Shown: positions 36,761 to 49,557 of the stretch, in pieces
How positions within the stretch are numbered: position 1 is the stretch's first letter
Layout of the letters: each line of letters starts with the position of its first letter
DNA from: Emiliania huxleyi CCMP1516
Taxonomy: Eukaryota
Reading direction: 5' to 3'
Length of the DNA stretch: 61,958 nt
NCBI RefSeq assembly: GCF_000372725.1
Contig: NW_005202427.1
Coordinates: 701,090 to 763,047 of the forward strand
Notes under the pieces: model-generated
Database searches by the model: none
Told to the model about the DNA's origin: nothing
The model's input: the letters and a program-made list of their open reading frames with translations, nothing else
Translations under genes and position numbers: made by a program

Positions 36761-38292
36761 GCGCGTTCGATCGTGCCGCCCCCACAGCGTCAGTGGCGTG
36801 CGTGGGGTGGCAGGCGGCGTCAGCGCAGCCCCTCGTGGGGGTGCCCACCGCTCTCCTCTCACCGCTCCCCCCCGCCCGTGGCACCCCACACACTCGTCCC
36901 TCCTCAGGGGCGCAAGGCGGCACGGCACGTTCAGCGCTTGCCTCGGCCCACCTCGCCTTCACGCCCGCCACCGCGACCAAGGAGGTGGCCTCGGCGGCCC
37001 AGATGAAGCCCGTGCGGCTCGTTTGGGAGCCGCATGCCGTCCCTCTCTCGCCGGCGCTGCTCACCACGCCCAAGCCTACGCCGAGGAACCCGTCGCGCCC
37101 GTCGCTCACGAGCTGGTGGCTCGCATCGACCGAGCCGTCCAGCTTTCTCACGCCCTGCCCACGATCAAATTCGAGACGACCAACATCCGACCACAAAAAA
37201 GGCCCGCGCGTGCTGCGCGGGCCGGCGAGCGACTAGCGAGCCAACCTGCTAGTATGGGACAAAAGCGTCGAAAATGTCCCAAAAAAGCGTGTCTCGAGTT
37301 TGTTGCAGCTCCGCAGCCTGCGCGCGCTGCCGGGTCGCACCGCTTGCTGGATACACGCACTCCCTGGGTCCCAGGGAGTGCGTGTATCCAACTGGAGTGA
37401 GTAGGCTCGACGCCGTACTCGAGATGGAGCTGCAGAAAGTACGCCGCCGAACGTGCCATCGAAGGCGTCCCGGCGGAGGTGATGGAGTGTGAGACCTGAG
37501 GCTGCGGAGGTGACGCCTGAGGTACCGGCCCGTGCACAGCGACTCAGCCGGCGACCGCCACGGGCTCAGACGAGACTTGTCGACTCGTTCCGGCTCAGCT
37601 TCACCGTGGTCATCGGGCGTCTGTCGACGTCAGGACCACCCATACAGCTCGCGGGTTTGAGGTCGCAAGAGCCAAGATGGTGGCGTTTGGACATCCCAAC
37701 CATCACACAAGACAGCCTGTAGGTGATGGCGGGACGGCGCAGTGTTTGTGGCACTCGGCAGTAGGCACCCGCGGCACGGCCCCGCTGTCGGCTCTCGCGG
37801 GCTGCAGAACCGGCCCCAGAAGGGGACGTTCCGGGCGAGTGTGGCAGCTCCTTCGCTAGTATGGGCACCCTCTATCATAGCACTACTGATCCTGGTCATT
37901 AGAGCTGCCAGGGATAGCGTCAGGAAACCCCTCATATTTGAGACATCGTGTCCCATATACTCGCACAACATGCCGTGTGTGGAGAAGTTTACCTTACCTT
38001 ACCTTACCCTTGGCCCGTCTCGACCATGGCTGATGAACTCAATTGACGGCCAAGAGCCAATAAATGATCAACTCATATATTCATTAACTCCCTGCCGTTT
38101 TCTATACATGTAGCTGCGCAGATACAGATCCCGACTGTTCACAGTGGGGATGAGAGAGAGTCGTCTCTAATATGTTAGCTCGTCGTTACGAGGAAGCCTC
38201 AGCATGTTACATGCCAACGCAGCGCACTCCTGGAAGTGGGGAGCGCGTCCAACCCTTGCCGCTTGAGCCGAACTGCAAGTTGCTCGTCACCT

Positions 38293-41200
38293 CTACACCT
38301 GCTCCACCTCTGGCACCTGCTCCAGCTGCGAATCCTCCTCGGTAACGACTGGGTCGGACGTCGTCGAGCCGCGAGGCACGGTAGTGAAGCGCCCGATATT
38401 CGAAAGCGAGTCGCGGATGCTCGAGCGAGCGCTCACCGGGGTTGCGCCCAGAGCCTTGGCCAGCAGCACGAGCGACACCTGTGAGACCGGGGGTGCAAGA
38501 TCAGTCGCTTCAGGAGGCGGGCGCTGTGGCAAAGGTGCCGCCGGGGGAGCGCACCTCATGGTGCAGGCCGGGGAAGCAGGCAATGGCGAGGGCGTTGTAG
38601 AGCCCGGCGTTGATGAGCTCCTGCGGCGGCGGGAAAGGGGGGCATGGAGCGGGCGGGACATAAAAGATCGACCGCTGATCGGCAGCGTTCCTGCGGCGTG
38701 GTCTCAAAAAACTTGGCGAACTCACAGCCGCCGCGGTCGAGGTCGTTCTCGTGCGCCATGACGATCTTCAGCCTGTCCTGGCGCGCCTGCTTGACCTGCT
38801 CGGCCAGCCGCTCGTCGGACCAGGTGTCGGCGTTCAGATAGAGCAGCATGTGCGTGGCGTCGCCCGCCTCCTCGGCGGTGGAGACGGTGAGACCGGAGAA
38901 ATTGGTGGCGAGCTCGGTGGCCAGCTCGTCTGCGCCCTCATCGAACGGCGAGGCCCAGAGCACGACGGACTTGGAGAAGGAGATCGGCTGGCCCTGGACC
39001 TCGCCCGGGATGAAGAGCGGGAGGGAGGTCAGGTTCAGGTAGTGTGGCGAGCAGAGGAGGAGCGCCTGAGGGTAGGTGCGAGGGGGCGGCGGTCAAGGTC
39101 GAGGCGACGGCAGAACAGCTGCAGGGAGTCGTCCGTGGCGGCACCTCGGAGATGATCTTAAGCGAGACACGCTGATACTCGTCGATGCGGTGCCACGTCG
39201 TCTGCGCCCACCCACTGTCAAAGATCTCCGGCTGGAGGACCTCCGGGCACTGTGCTCGCAACTCCTGCAGTCGTGCAGCGACGGTGTGCGTGAGTGAGTG
39301 CTGGCGTGCGGCGGCGGCGGCGACACCGCCCCTCAGAGCCGTGTGTGGCGAGAGCAATCCCCGCAGGGTCATCGAGCTGGGGGCGGGCGGGGAGCGCCTG
39401 CAGCGTCCCGCCGCCCTTGGCCGGGTCCGCCTCTTGCACGAGGACGAGCGGCTTCCTCTTCTCGAGCGACGTCTGAATCTCGCGCAGGCAGTTCTGCAGG
39501 CAAGGAGCGCACGAGTAGTCGTGGGCGACACAGCGAGGCACTCTCGGAAAGGGAGGGGCTGGGGGAGTGCCTTCGAGCGGAAGTAGCCCTTCGACAGGAA
39601 GAAGAGCATGACCTGCGTGCGGTCAACGTAATCCTCCAGCGACCCGATGTCCTTCAAATCGTCCACATCGAGGAAGATCTTGATGCCGGGGATCAAGAGC
39701 TTAAGCTCATTCTTGATGACCGCGACGGCGTCTTGGCCGGTGGACCTATTCGGGGAGTGGCGGGTCGTCTGGCGGGTTCCTACGCCGCGTCTCCCTCTGA
39801 CCACAGGACTGACCAGATGTGCGAGAGGAAGAGGTGCCACGTGAGGCCGTCCACCAGAGCCAGCTCGGGGGGCTGCTTGGTTGAGACGAGGCGAATCGTG
39901 GGGACCTTGGCAAGGCGGCGGATGGCGATGATGGTACCCACGAGAAAGATCAGGAGCGCAGCCGCAGCAAGGACGAGCATCCAGTTCACCAGTCCATTCT
40001 CAGACCTGAAGCCGAGGACGGCGGAGGCCGACTGCCCCGGCTCGTCCCCGGGGAATCGCAACTCGATGTTGAGGAAGATGGTGGTCCAGCTGGCACCGAG
40101 GAAGAGGAGGAGGAGGACGAGGCTGGTGGCCTGCAGTGCGAGCCGCGTCCGTTGGGCTCAGAGTGGACTGCAGTGGCAAGTGCGTGTGTGGGGTGGGTGA
40201 TGGACTGGCGACGGCGATCCAAGCGTGTGCTGAGAGCTGCAGCACAAGCAAGCGCAAAGGGCGTGTGGGATTGGGCGAAGGGCGCACCACGGCGAGGATG
40301 TTGTCCTCGAACCGCTTGTAGGGCTGGACCAGGGCGATCGCGACGGCGTAGCACGAACACACGAGCACCGCCACGACGAGACGAACAAAGGAGTCCTCCT
40401 CCTCGGCAACCAGCAGCACGAAGCCCGTCAGAAAGAGCTTGCGCGCCAGATCGGCCGCCTCCCACCAGTACCAGTTCCTTTTGTACTCCCGGTGAAGGAA
40501 GGCGGTGGCCTTCGTCAGCGCGTTCGGCGACTTGGCCTGCAGCGGCTTGTAGCATGCGAGAAGAAGGGCCGAGTAGAGGACTAGCGAGCCGACCGGCCAG
40601 ATGACGACGAAGCCGATGGCGAGTCTCGTGATGGAGTCGTGCTCGTCGGTGCCGCACTCGACGCTCGCGTCCTGCCGCATGTACTCGACCAGAGCGAGCG
40701 TCTCGCCCGGCGCAGAGGTGGTGTAGCCCTGCGCACGCACATCGACACAGCTAAGGGTTTTTTTGGGGGGGGGAGGGGGGGGGCTTGTTTGTTAGTTGTG
40801 GCTAGCACCTGGCACGACCACGCGCGCAAGATCGTGGCGCTCACAGACGGCACGAAGAGAAAGATGAGCACGAGACCCGCCGGCGTGAGGTCGAGGAGGC
40901 CGAGCGCCACCTCTGCAGGCCATGAAAAGACCGCCGCATCGTCAGTTTCGGCCAGCGCCGTCGGTGGCTCCGCAGCTGAAGACGATGGTGGCTCCTGCAG
41001 CTGTGCTTCGCCACCGAGAACGTTGCTTGTCGCGCCGTCGACCTCGGAGCCGCTCTCGCAGCCAGCCCCTCGCCGAGCACGCCGCCAGCGAGCACAGAGC
41101 CGCAAGACAATGCCAGCAAAGAGGAGCAGCGCGATGACGCCGATGGGAGAGATCGCGACGGCGACGAGCCGGGACTTGTGCGGCAGGCACTGCACCGGCA

Positions 41201-44200
41201 GCACGATGCCCGACCAGTCGATGAAGACGGCTTCGGCCAGCGCCTCCGTCCAGCCCGTGTACCGTTCCGGCAGCCGCGCCGAGTAGGTGGTGGAGAGGAC
41301 GAGGCAGACCTGGTAGAAGCCAAACAAGATCTTGAACTTGGGGATGAGGCCGATTTTGTAAATCGCGTCACCGGTGCGGTCGGCGATGCGCAAGGGAAGT
41401 CCGATGAAGCGCTCCTTCCTCCACTCGGTTTGCCCGCGCTGAACTGAGTACGCCAACGCCACGAGGCCAAACGCGACGCAGAGGCCGAGGGCGGTGCCCG
41501 CCATGCGCCCCGCCGCCGTGCCGACAGCGACGCACTCGTTGCAGGCGGCGCCGTCGGCGTCCAGGTAGTGGTTCGGCTCGCGGCAGAGCTGGCACTCGGG
41601 GCCGGCGAAGGCGTCTGCGCAGTAGTCCAAGCCGGCCTCCTGCACCCTCCGACCGCTAGCCTCTCCCGGATCAACATTGCCGACACACCGCGCCTGGCCC
41701 GCCTGGCCATCCCCTCCAAAGGCGCGGCACTCTGTGAGCTCGGCGCTGGAGAAGCTGGCGCGCCAGAAGCCGGGCGGGATGCCGAGGGTCTCGAGGGTCG
41801 TGCCGACCGGGCACGCGGCGTCCGATGGGCATGGCTTGCAGTAGTCGGTCGGGGAGGAGAAGACGTCGGCCGGGTCGGCGCTCGCCTTCAGGTAGAATCC
41901 CGCCTTGCAGACGGAGCAGGTGACGCTGCCAGTGCCGCTAGCAAGAGGGTAGGGGCAGGGGATGCACTCGCCCTGGCCCTCGTTGGCGGAGTAAGTGTCG
42001 GCAGCGCACTCGTCGCAGGAAGAGCTGCCGGCGCCGGAGGACGTGCCGCGAGGGCACCTCTCGCAGATGCTCTGTCCGGCGAGGGCGGTGAAGGTGCCTG
42101 GCGCGCAGTCGATGGCGTCATCAGAGCCGGTCGGGCAAAACGTGCCGGCCGGACAGGTGATGCAGTCGTCCTTGCTCGTCATGAGGTCGAGGGAGGCGTT
42201 GATGCGCGTCCCGGCGGGGCAGGGAAGCGGCGCAGAGGCGCCCTCGGCGCAGTAATGGCCCGGCACGCACGCGATGCAGTTGGTGGCGCCGCTCGAGTCC
42301 TGATATTCGCCGGCGGGGCACTTCTGGCAGATGCTCCGTCCGGCGAGGGCGGTGAAGGTGCCCGGCGCGCAGTCGATGGCGTCATCAGAGCCGGTCGGGC
42401 AAAACGTGCCGGCCGGACAGGTGATGCAGTCGTCCTTGCTCGTCATGAGGTCGAGGGAGGCGTTGATGCGCGTCCCGGCGGGGCAGGGCAGCGGCGCAGA
42501 GGCGCCCTCGGCGCAGTAATGGCCCGGCACGCACGCGATGCAGTTGGTGGCGCCGCTCGAGTCCTGAGATTCGCCGGCGGGGCACCTCTGGCAGATGCCC
42601 TGTCTGGCGAGCGCGGTGAAGGTGCCCGGCGAGCACGGCGTCTGCTCGGTGGAGCCGGTGGTGGCGAAGTAGCCCGGCGAGGCGTCGGTGCACTCGCTCG
42701 CGTCGGAGAGGTTGGTGGCGCTCGAGTAGCTGCCAGCCTCGCACGGCAGCGCCGCCGCCGCGCCAACAGCGCAGTAGCCGCCCGCCTCGCACGGCTTGCA
42801 CGCCGTCTGCGCCTCCGCGTCCTGGTACGTGCCGCCGGCGCAGGGCGTGCACTCGCCCTGCCTGGTCTCGTTCGTGTACGACCCCTTGGTGCACGCCGTC
42901 TGCTCGGTGGAGCCGGTGGTGGCGAAGTAGCCCGGCGAGGCGTCGGTGCACTCGCTCGCGGCGGAGAGGTTGGTGGCGCGCGAGTAGCTGCCCGCAACGC
43001 ACGGCAGCGGCGCCGACGCGCCCTCGGCGCAGTAGCTGCCCTCCACGCACGGAAGGCAGCCCGTCGCGTTCGACTCGCCCTGGTACGTCCCGCCCGCACA
43101 GCTGGCGCACTCGGAGAGGCCGGCCGTGGCGGCGAAAGAGCCCGGCGAGCACTCGGAGGGCGGCGCCGCCCCGCCGCCGCACGACGAGCCGGCGGGGCAG
43201 GGAAGGCACTCGGGGTCGCCGCTCCGGTCGGTCAGCCTGGCGTACGTGCCCGCCTCGCACTGCGCGTCCAGCTCGCGCGACGACCCCACCGGGCAAAACT
43301 TGCCGGGAGCGCAGCGGACGCAGGCAGCGGCGGCGGGCTCGCTCTGGTAGTAGCCCTGGCCGCACAGCTCGCAGGCCTCGCTGCGCGCCTTGGCGGCGAA
43401 GCTACCCTCGCGACACGGCGTCTGCTCTGTGGAGCCGGTGGTGGCAAAGTGGCCCGGCGAGGCGTCGACGCACTGCGAGGCGGCGGTGAGGTCCGTCTTG
43501 TCCGAGTAGGTACCCGCGTCGCAAGGCAGTGGCGCCGACGCGCCCTTGGCGCAGTACCGTCCCTTCTCGCAGTCGCGGCAGGACGTCGCGCCCGTGTCGT
43601 TCTGGTAACGGCCCGCAGGGCAGTCCGTGCACTCACTCAGCCCGGGCTCGCCGCCAAACGTCCCAGCACGGCAGCTCGCGCAGGTCTCGCTGCTGTTTGC
43701 GCCGGTGATCGGGCTAGAGGTACCGGGGGGGCACTTCTGACAGGCATCTGGTGAGCTGCTGCCGATCTTCTCGTTGTACCTCCCCGCAGGGCAGGGTGTG
43801 AAGCCGCCACCGCAGTCATCTGTAGCCTTGCAGTATCCACCCGCTTCACACGTGTCGCATGCCGTCTGTCCGCGCTCCGCCTGGAACTCGCCAGCAGGGC
43901 ACTGCATGCACGCAGCCTGGCCGGTGAGGTTCTGGTACTGCCCTGCGGCACAGTCGAGGGGCTGGATGGTGCCTGCATTCGGGCAGAAGCGTCCCGCGGG
44001 GCAGTCGGTGCAGCTGGTGGCATTGAGCTGATCGGCGAACGTGCCGGGAGGACACTCGTCGCAGGGACGGTCCGTGCCGGCTGTGGACTGGCTCGTCCCC
44101 GGAGAGCAAGGGAGGCACGACTCGGCACTGGCTGCGCCAATCACGGGCATGTAGAAACCCGGAGCACACGGGAGCGGTTCCGCGGTGCCCTTGGGACAAA

Positions 44201-46743
44201 AGTGGCCTCGCTTACACGCACCATCGCAGGAGGAGTTGGTGAGGCCGCTCCTGTTCCCATAGTAGCCAGCAGGGCAGAGGTTGCACTCGGGGACGCTGAA
44301 GTCGCCAAAAAAGGAGCCCTTGCGCGGCATCCAGCTGCCCAAGCGGCAGTCCCAGTTTATCGGCGAGATGACTACTGCCTGTATCGTGGCACCGTCGTTG
44401 TCGTCGCCAGCGGTGTTGCCGGTGAAGGAGGCGGCGCTGATCGAGGGGCGTTGGCGGAGTCCGTCCAGGTACAGCACCGAGCCGGACATTCCCGCTCTGT
44501 TGTCGATGAAGTCGACACCCGCGATGGAGAGGGACTCGCTGTTCGTCGCGTAGACGACGCCGCCCTCCTTCTGTTGCGAGGAGAGAGCGGGGTGAGGCAG
44601 CCGTGGCCCTCTACATTTCTCGCCCCGCTGCCGTGCGGCGCTGCAGGAGTGCGGCTAGCTCTACGCGGCGCACATTAGCAGAGCAGCCCGTCACGGCCGA
44701 GCCGATTATCGAGACCGCACCGCTGACATACGCGTGGACGACGCCGCCTTTCTGCGGTTGCGAGGAGAGAGCGGGGTGAGGCAGCCGTGGCCCTCTCCAT
44801 CCCTCGCCCCGCTACCGTGCGGCGCTGCTGGAGGGAGGCTAGCTCTACGCGGCGCACCCAAGCAGAGCAGCCCGATACGGTCGAGCCGCTTATCGAGACC
44901 GACCCGCTGTTCTGAACCGTGTCGACGACGCCGCCGTGCTGCGGTTGCGAGGAGAGAGCGGGGTGAGGCAGCCGTGGCCCTCTCTATCTCTCGCCCCGCT
45001 ACCGTGCGTTGCTGCTGGAGGCCGGCTAGCTCTACGCGGCGCACAGTGCCAGCCGAGCAGCCTGTAACGTTCGAGCTGGTTATCGAGACCGCACCGCTGC
45101 TAGACGCGAGGACGACGCCGCCGCCCTGCGGTTGCGAGGAGAGAGCGGGGTGAGGCAGCCGTGGCCCTCTCCATCTCCCGCCCCGCTACCGTGCGGCGCT
45201 GCTGGAGTGCGGCTAGCTCTACGCGGCGCACGTATTCAGCAGAGCAGTCCCTCACATCCGAGTCGATTATCGAGACCGCACCGCTGACATACGCGTAGAC
45301 GACGCCGCCGGACTGCGGTTGCGAGGAGAGATCGGGGTGTGAGGCAGTGGCCCTCTCCATCTCTCGCCCCGCTGCCATGAGGGGCTGCAGGGAGGCGGCT
45401 AGCTCTACGCGGCGCACATAGCCAGCCGAGCAGTCTCTGACCGTCGAGTCGATGATCTCGACGTCACCTGCGCCGTCCGCGTACACAACGCCGCCGTAGT
45501 CCCCCATCCCGTTGACGAGGTTCAGCCCCCGCAGGGTGAGGCTGCAGCCGCCCGAGAGGTCAAAGAGCCCGATCTGTCCCCGGCCGTCGAGCGTCGCGCC
45601 CTCGCCGCTGCTCGCGACGGTCACCTTGATGTCGGAGGAGCAGCTGATCTGGCTGCCCAGCTTGAAGTCTGCCCTGGGCGGCAGGTAGATTGAGACGTCG
45701 GCTTGCGAAACAGCAGCCTCCGCGATCAGGGAGCGGAGCTTAGCCTCGCTCGACGCGGCGACAAAGTCCGGGGAGAGCGGCGGCAGAGGCGACAGAGGCG
45801 GCGGCGACGGAGAGGACGGAGAGGACGGTGGGAGGGGGGCGAGGATGAACGTTTTGCTGGTGCCGGAGGATCCGGAGTCGAGCGTGAACGTATAGCCCGC
45901 ACCCTTCCACTCGTTGCCGGTCCAGCCGTCGTCGTACGAGTCGTACATGTCGAGCGTGCACTCGCCGGGCGGCGCGGACAGGGTGCGAGAGTAGGGGGCC
46001 CCTCCACTGCCGATCAACGCGCCGCTGCACACCAGAGTCCACGACACCTCGGACGGGTAGCTGCCGCCACCCACAGTGACCTGGAAGTCGATTGAGCCAG
46101 ACGTGTGGTCTGATGGTGCACATGCCAGTGGGAGCAGCGCGGCGAGAATCAGCAGCCACGCGCCACGCCTCGCCCCCGTCCGGCACCGCACGAGGCGCCC
46201 CGAGCTGCTCCTCCGCACCGAGGGCAGCACGCCGCCGCACGCTCCGAGCAGCACGAACAAGGCGGCCCAAAACTGACAGCGCTGCTGGGTGCGGACGGGC
46301 GCGGAAGAGGAGGGTCCGCTCATGAAGGGAAAGTGGAACGGGGAGGGCAGGTCGATGGAGAGCTTGTCGACCGGCGCGTTCGCGGGCGGCTTGTCGGTCT
46401 TGGAGCGCTCGTCGGTGAGTGCGTGGTGAGGCTCCGCATGCCACGCAACGGGGGCGGCGCAGCGTGGCTGCCGGTCGGCGCACACACGTGAGACGGAGGA
46501 GATATCGGACTGGACCGAGTTCGAATCGGAGATCTGAGCGGCACGGACCTCTGCAGGCCATGCCGGCTCCGCGTGAGCGTCGGCGGACCGCATCTCGGGC
46601 GACGTGCCGTTCACGGGCAGGACGGTTTCGCGAACGATGATCCCCGATCTGCTGCTGTAGACGGGACCGATAGAGTCGATCTCGGGCTCGCCCTTGCGCT
46701 CCATGGTGTTGCGCGAGGCCGGGGCGGTCTCCAAATCGGCCAC
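38293..46743 (-). CDS. giant multi-pass receptor: beta-helix (GGVVY) repeats + Cys-rich GCC2/ephrin-receptor-like repeats + ~9 TM + two TIR-like domains
   Basis: Many CPAGxY/C repeats; TM block with WYWWE..RK..QPY..N; TIR1 WHLFLSHIW..IFLDVDDL..LFFLSKGYFRSK|NCLREI; TIR2-like HMLLYLNADTW..IVMAHEND. Splice sites are consistent. Confidence 0.85.
42068..42600. repeat. 264-bp (88-aa) in-frame tandem duplication in the Cys-rich stalk
   Basis: Near-identical sequence at offset 264 (e.g. 42121 vs 42385). Confidence 0.92.
44571..45417 (-). repeat. tandem exon-intron array (5 near-identical ~105-bp introns, 4 internal 78-81-nt exons)
   Basis: Introns at 44571-44673, 44752-44857, 44939-45044, 45126-45231 and 45313-45417. 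All start GTGCGCCGCGTAGAGCTAGCC and end ...CTCCTCGCAAC(CGC)AG. Confidence 0.9.
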
Positions 46744-46821
46744 AACCTACACGCCAACAACAGGCACAATCCGGAACCGGATTACAAAGCTCGCACATAG
46801 AAACAGCCAGAGGGGCGCTCA

Positions 46822-48259
46822 CCGGCTGCTTCTCGTAAAGGTCCTTGACGGACGCCGGCGGCTCGCCAATTAGGTGCAACGGCTCGCCCACCGCCTCTTT
46901 GATCGCTTCCATCAGTGCTTCCCACGAGGGCCCGTCCTCGTGTCCGCCCTGAACGGCGCGCGGGCTGTTAGTCGCGAGCTTGCGGATACTAGCACGCGCG
47001 AGCGAGCGCGCACCGGGTGGTTGGCGGGCGCGCTGTCCGACGACACGATGGCTGCAAACGAGCTGGTGTCGTTGCCGCCAACCTCGCAGAATCCGTTGGG
47101 CGATGCCGGCGTGAACGGCTTCGCGACGGTTGCGGGAGGCGATGTCGGCCACGGGGAGTCGTACCGCTGCGAGGAGAGAAGCGCGGAGGTGGCAGAGCAC
47201 GAGGAGTGCGCAAACGCGGCTCCGAGGCAGATCAGCGCGAGGATGCCAAAGAGGCGGAGCAAGTTGTAGGACTTTGACCACGGGAACCGGCCGGCGGCAG
47301 AGCCCTCGGGCGTGGTATTCGTGGTCGTCTCGACGTCGACCGTCGCGCCCTGAACAAGAGGGCGCGAGACTGGCCGTGTGAGAGCGGCGAGCGAGGGAGG
47401 AGGCCGCATAAATGCAGGCGGCGCGCACCGAGTCTGCGGTCGGCGGCGTGGAGCCGCCGGTCACCTTGCCGGTGCCACCGAGGATGCCCTCGTTGCCGTC
47501 CGTTCCGAGCAGGGCCCCGAACCTGTTCTTGCCGCCGACCGGGGTGATGCTCTTGGTGCGGACGATCGGGGCGGACGCGCCCTTGCGCCCGTTCTTGCGG
47601 CGCGGGTTCGACGGGGTGGTCCAGTCGGCGATGCCCTGCGCGCGCGCAAACGGTGGGTGCGTCATAGTTGGGGCTCCGCGTGTGCACCGCAGCGTGCGAG
47701 CCGAGGCGCACCGAAGGGGCGGGCTCCTCCGCTGGAAACTCCTTGGTCGACGGCAGCGTCTCGCCGCCGGCCGCCGCCGGCTTGACAGCCGTGGCAACTT
47801 TGGCGACCGGCTCGAGCGCCGGGCCGTTCTTGGTGACGCCGTTGGGGGCCGTCGGTGGGTCGGTCGAGCGCGCGAGCTTGGACCAGAAATCGGCGTTCGC
47901 GCTCGGCGTGTGGGCGGAAAACATGGCCTTGGCCCGGTCCGAGTCGACAGTCTCCGCGGCGGTCGCCCCTTCCGCGGCCAGATCTTGCTTGAGGATGCTC
48001 TCGTCGAGGGCGGTCGCCGCGCCGGACACGGCCACGGTGTCGTCCTCAACGGGTGCGTTCTTGGCGCCGCTCGCCTGTCGGCGAGGGAGAATGGGGAGCG
48101 TGCTGGGAGAAGGGTGGAGATCTGCGACAGCAAGCGCACACGCAGCGCCTTGGCTACGAGGGGCGGAGGCGACTTCGGCGCGGAGAAGAAGACGACCTTG
48201 ATGCTGCCGTCTTCGGCCGGCATGATGCGGGCCTTCACTTCCGTCTTGTTCTCTGACAT
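46822..48259 (-). CDS. upstream exons (low-complexity N-terminus with a TM helix), probably spliced to the receptor gene
   Basis: MSENKTEVKARIMP... and later segments in different frames are bounded by GT/GC..AG. The last one, KDLYEKQP|gtgagc, can join tag|GTT GTG GCC GAT near 46746. Confidence 0.5.
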
Positions 48260-49401
48260 GTTGTTGATCAAGTTCACTCGTACCTATGATCGGGGTGTGT
48301 GTGATATTCACGCTCGGGCGCCGGGGGGAGGGGGGCGCTCCAAATTTAGGTCAAATTCCGTCAATTAAAATTAATTGACGAAACTTGATGACAATCTCGG
48401 GCAATCTCGGGTGGCGCATCAGAACGAGCGATAGAGCGCCTCCACAAAGAGGTGCGGAAGTGTCATACCGGTCTCGGAAGCGATCTCGGGTAATCTCGGC
48501 GGGCAATTATTAAGCTAATTGACGAAATCTCGGGGTGATCTCGTCAATTTAGTCAATTTGTGACCAGTCAATCTCGCCCCAGGGCAGATCCACGAATTTC
48601 GTCAAAGTTCCGTCAATTATGTCAATTGACGAAATCTCGGCTCAATCTCGCTCAATCTCGGCTAATCTCCTGCTCTGATTGCTGCACATCGTGTTCCGGG
48701 CCACCAGTGCTGCTTCTCTCTGCTCCGAGAGCGTCTTTGAGGGGGGGAATCGAGAGGAAGGGGGGCTCAAGAGGGCCGCACCTACTCGCAGCGCACGCAG
48801 CTTGAGGCCCGGCACCAAGGACACCGCGGCACGCCCGTCTCGCCCACGTTGTTTTGGATCTGCGAGAGCGCAGGAGGCGGCGAGCGAGCGTCAGAAGCAT
48901 AAAATGGGACGAGCACGGCGCGGGCTTGTTTTGGGGGTCGCGGGGGCGCAGTAGGCATGAAGGCGCTTCGCGGCTGCGCGCTGGGCCGTCGCTCTGCCCG
49001 CGATCCGGGTGTGCGCCAGATTCGTGTCGCTCGAGCCTCGGAACGAGCCGCGCGCGGGGCGTTTGCAGCAAGGGGGGCACTGGCACGAGCGCGCTGCAGC
49101 GCATGGGATGGGGGGCGAAGCGGCCGGGCACGCTCGCGCAAAGGCCAACACGCGCCGCGTCGCGCGGGGCGCGGGGAGAGGGAGGGACTGGGGAAACCTG
49201 AAACTCCGTCGTCTGATCGAAGGGTGTCCGTCTAACGTGCAGTATCCAGGCGCCGTGGCATCGTTGAGCTTCGGTGTGGAAAACATTCGCAACAATCTCG
49301 AGGTGGATATCCTTTGGCGGCGTTGGGTAGCGAGGATTGATGTGACAAAGTGAAGGGCATGCCCTGCCAACCGACCTTGACCTGCTGTGAGGGGTTTGAG
49401 T

Positions 49402-49521
49402 GACCCGAAAGATGGTGAACTATGCCTGGGTAGGGTGAAGCCAGAGGAAACTCTGGTGGAGGCTCGTAGCGATACTGACGTGCAAATCGTTCGTCGAATC
49501 TGGGTATAGGGGCGAAAGACT

Positions 49522-49557
<36 letters not shown>

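Noticed and set aside
40639..43754. Long plus-strand ORFs (e.g. 728 aa)
   Set aside because: Antisense shadows of the GC-rich receptor CDS.
44571..45417. Repeat-spacer pattern as CRISPR-like array
   Set aside because: The repeats are ~105-bp GT-AG introns and the 'spacers' are homologous in-frame exons.
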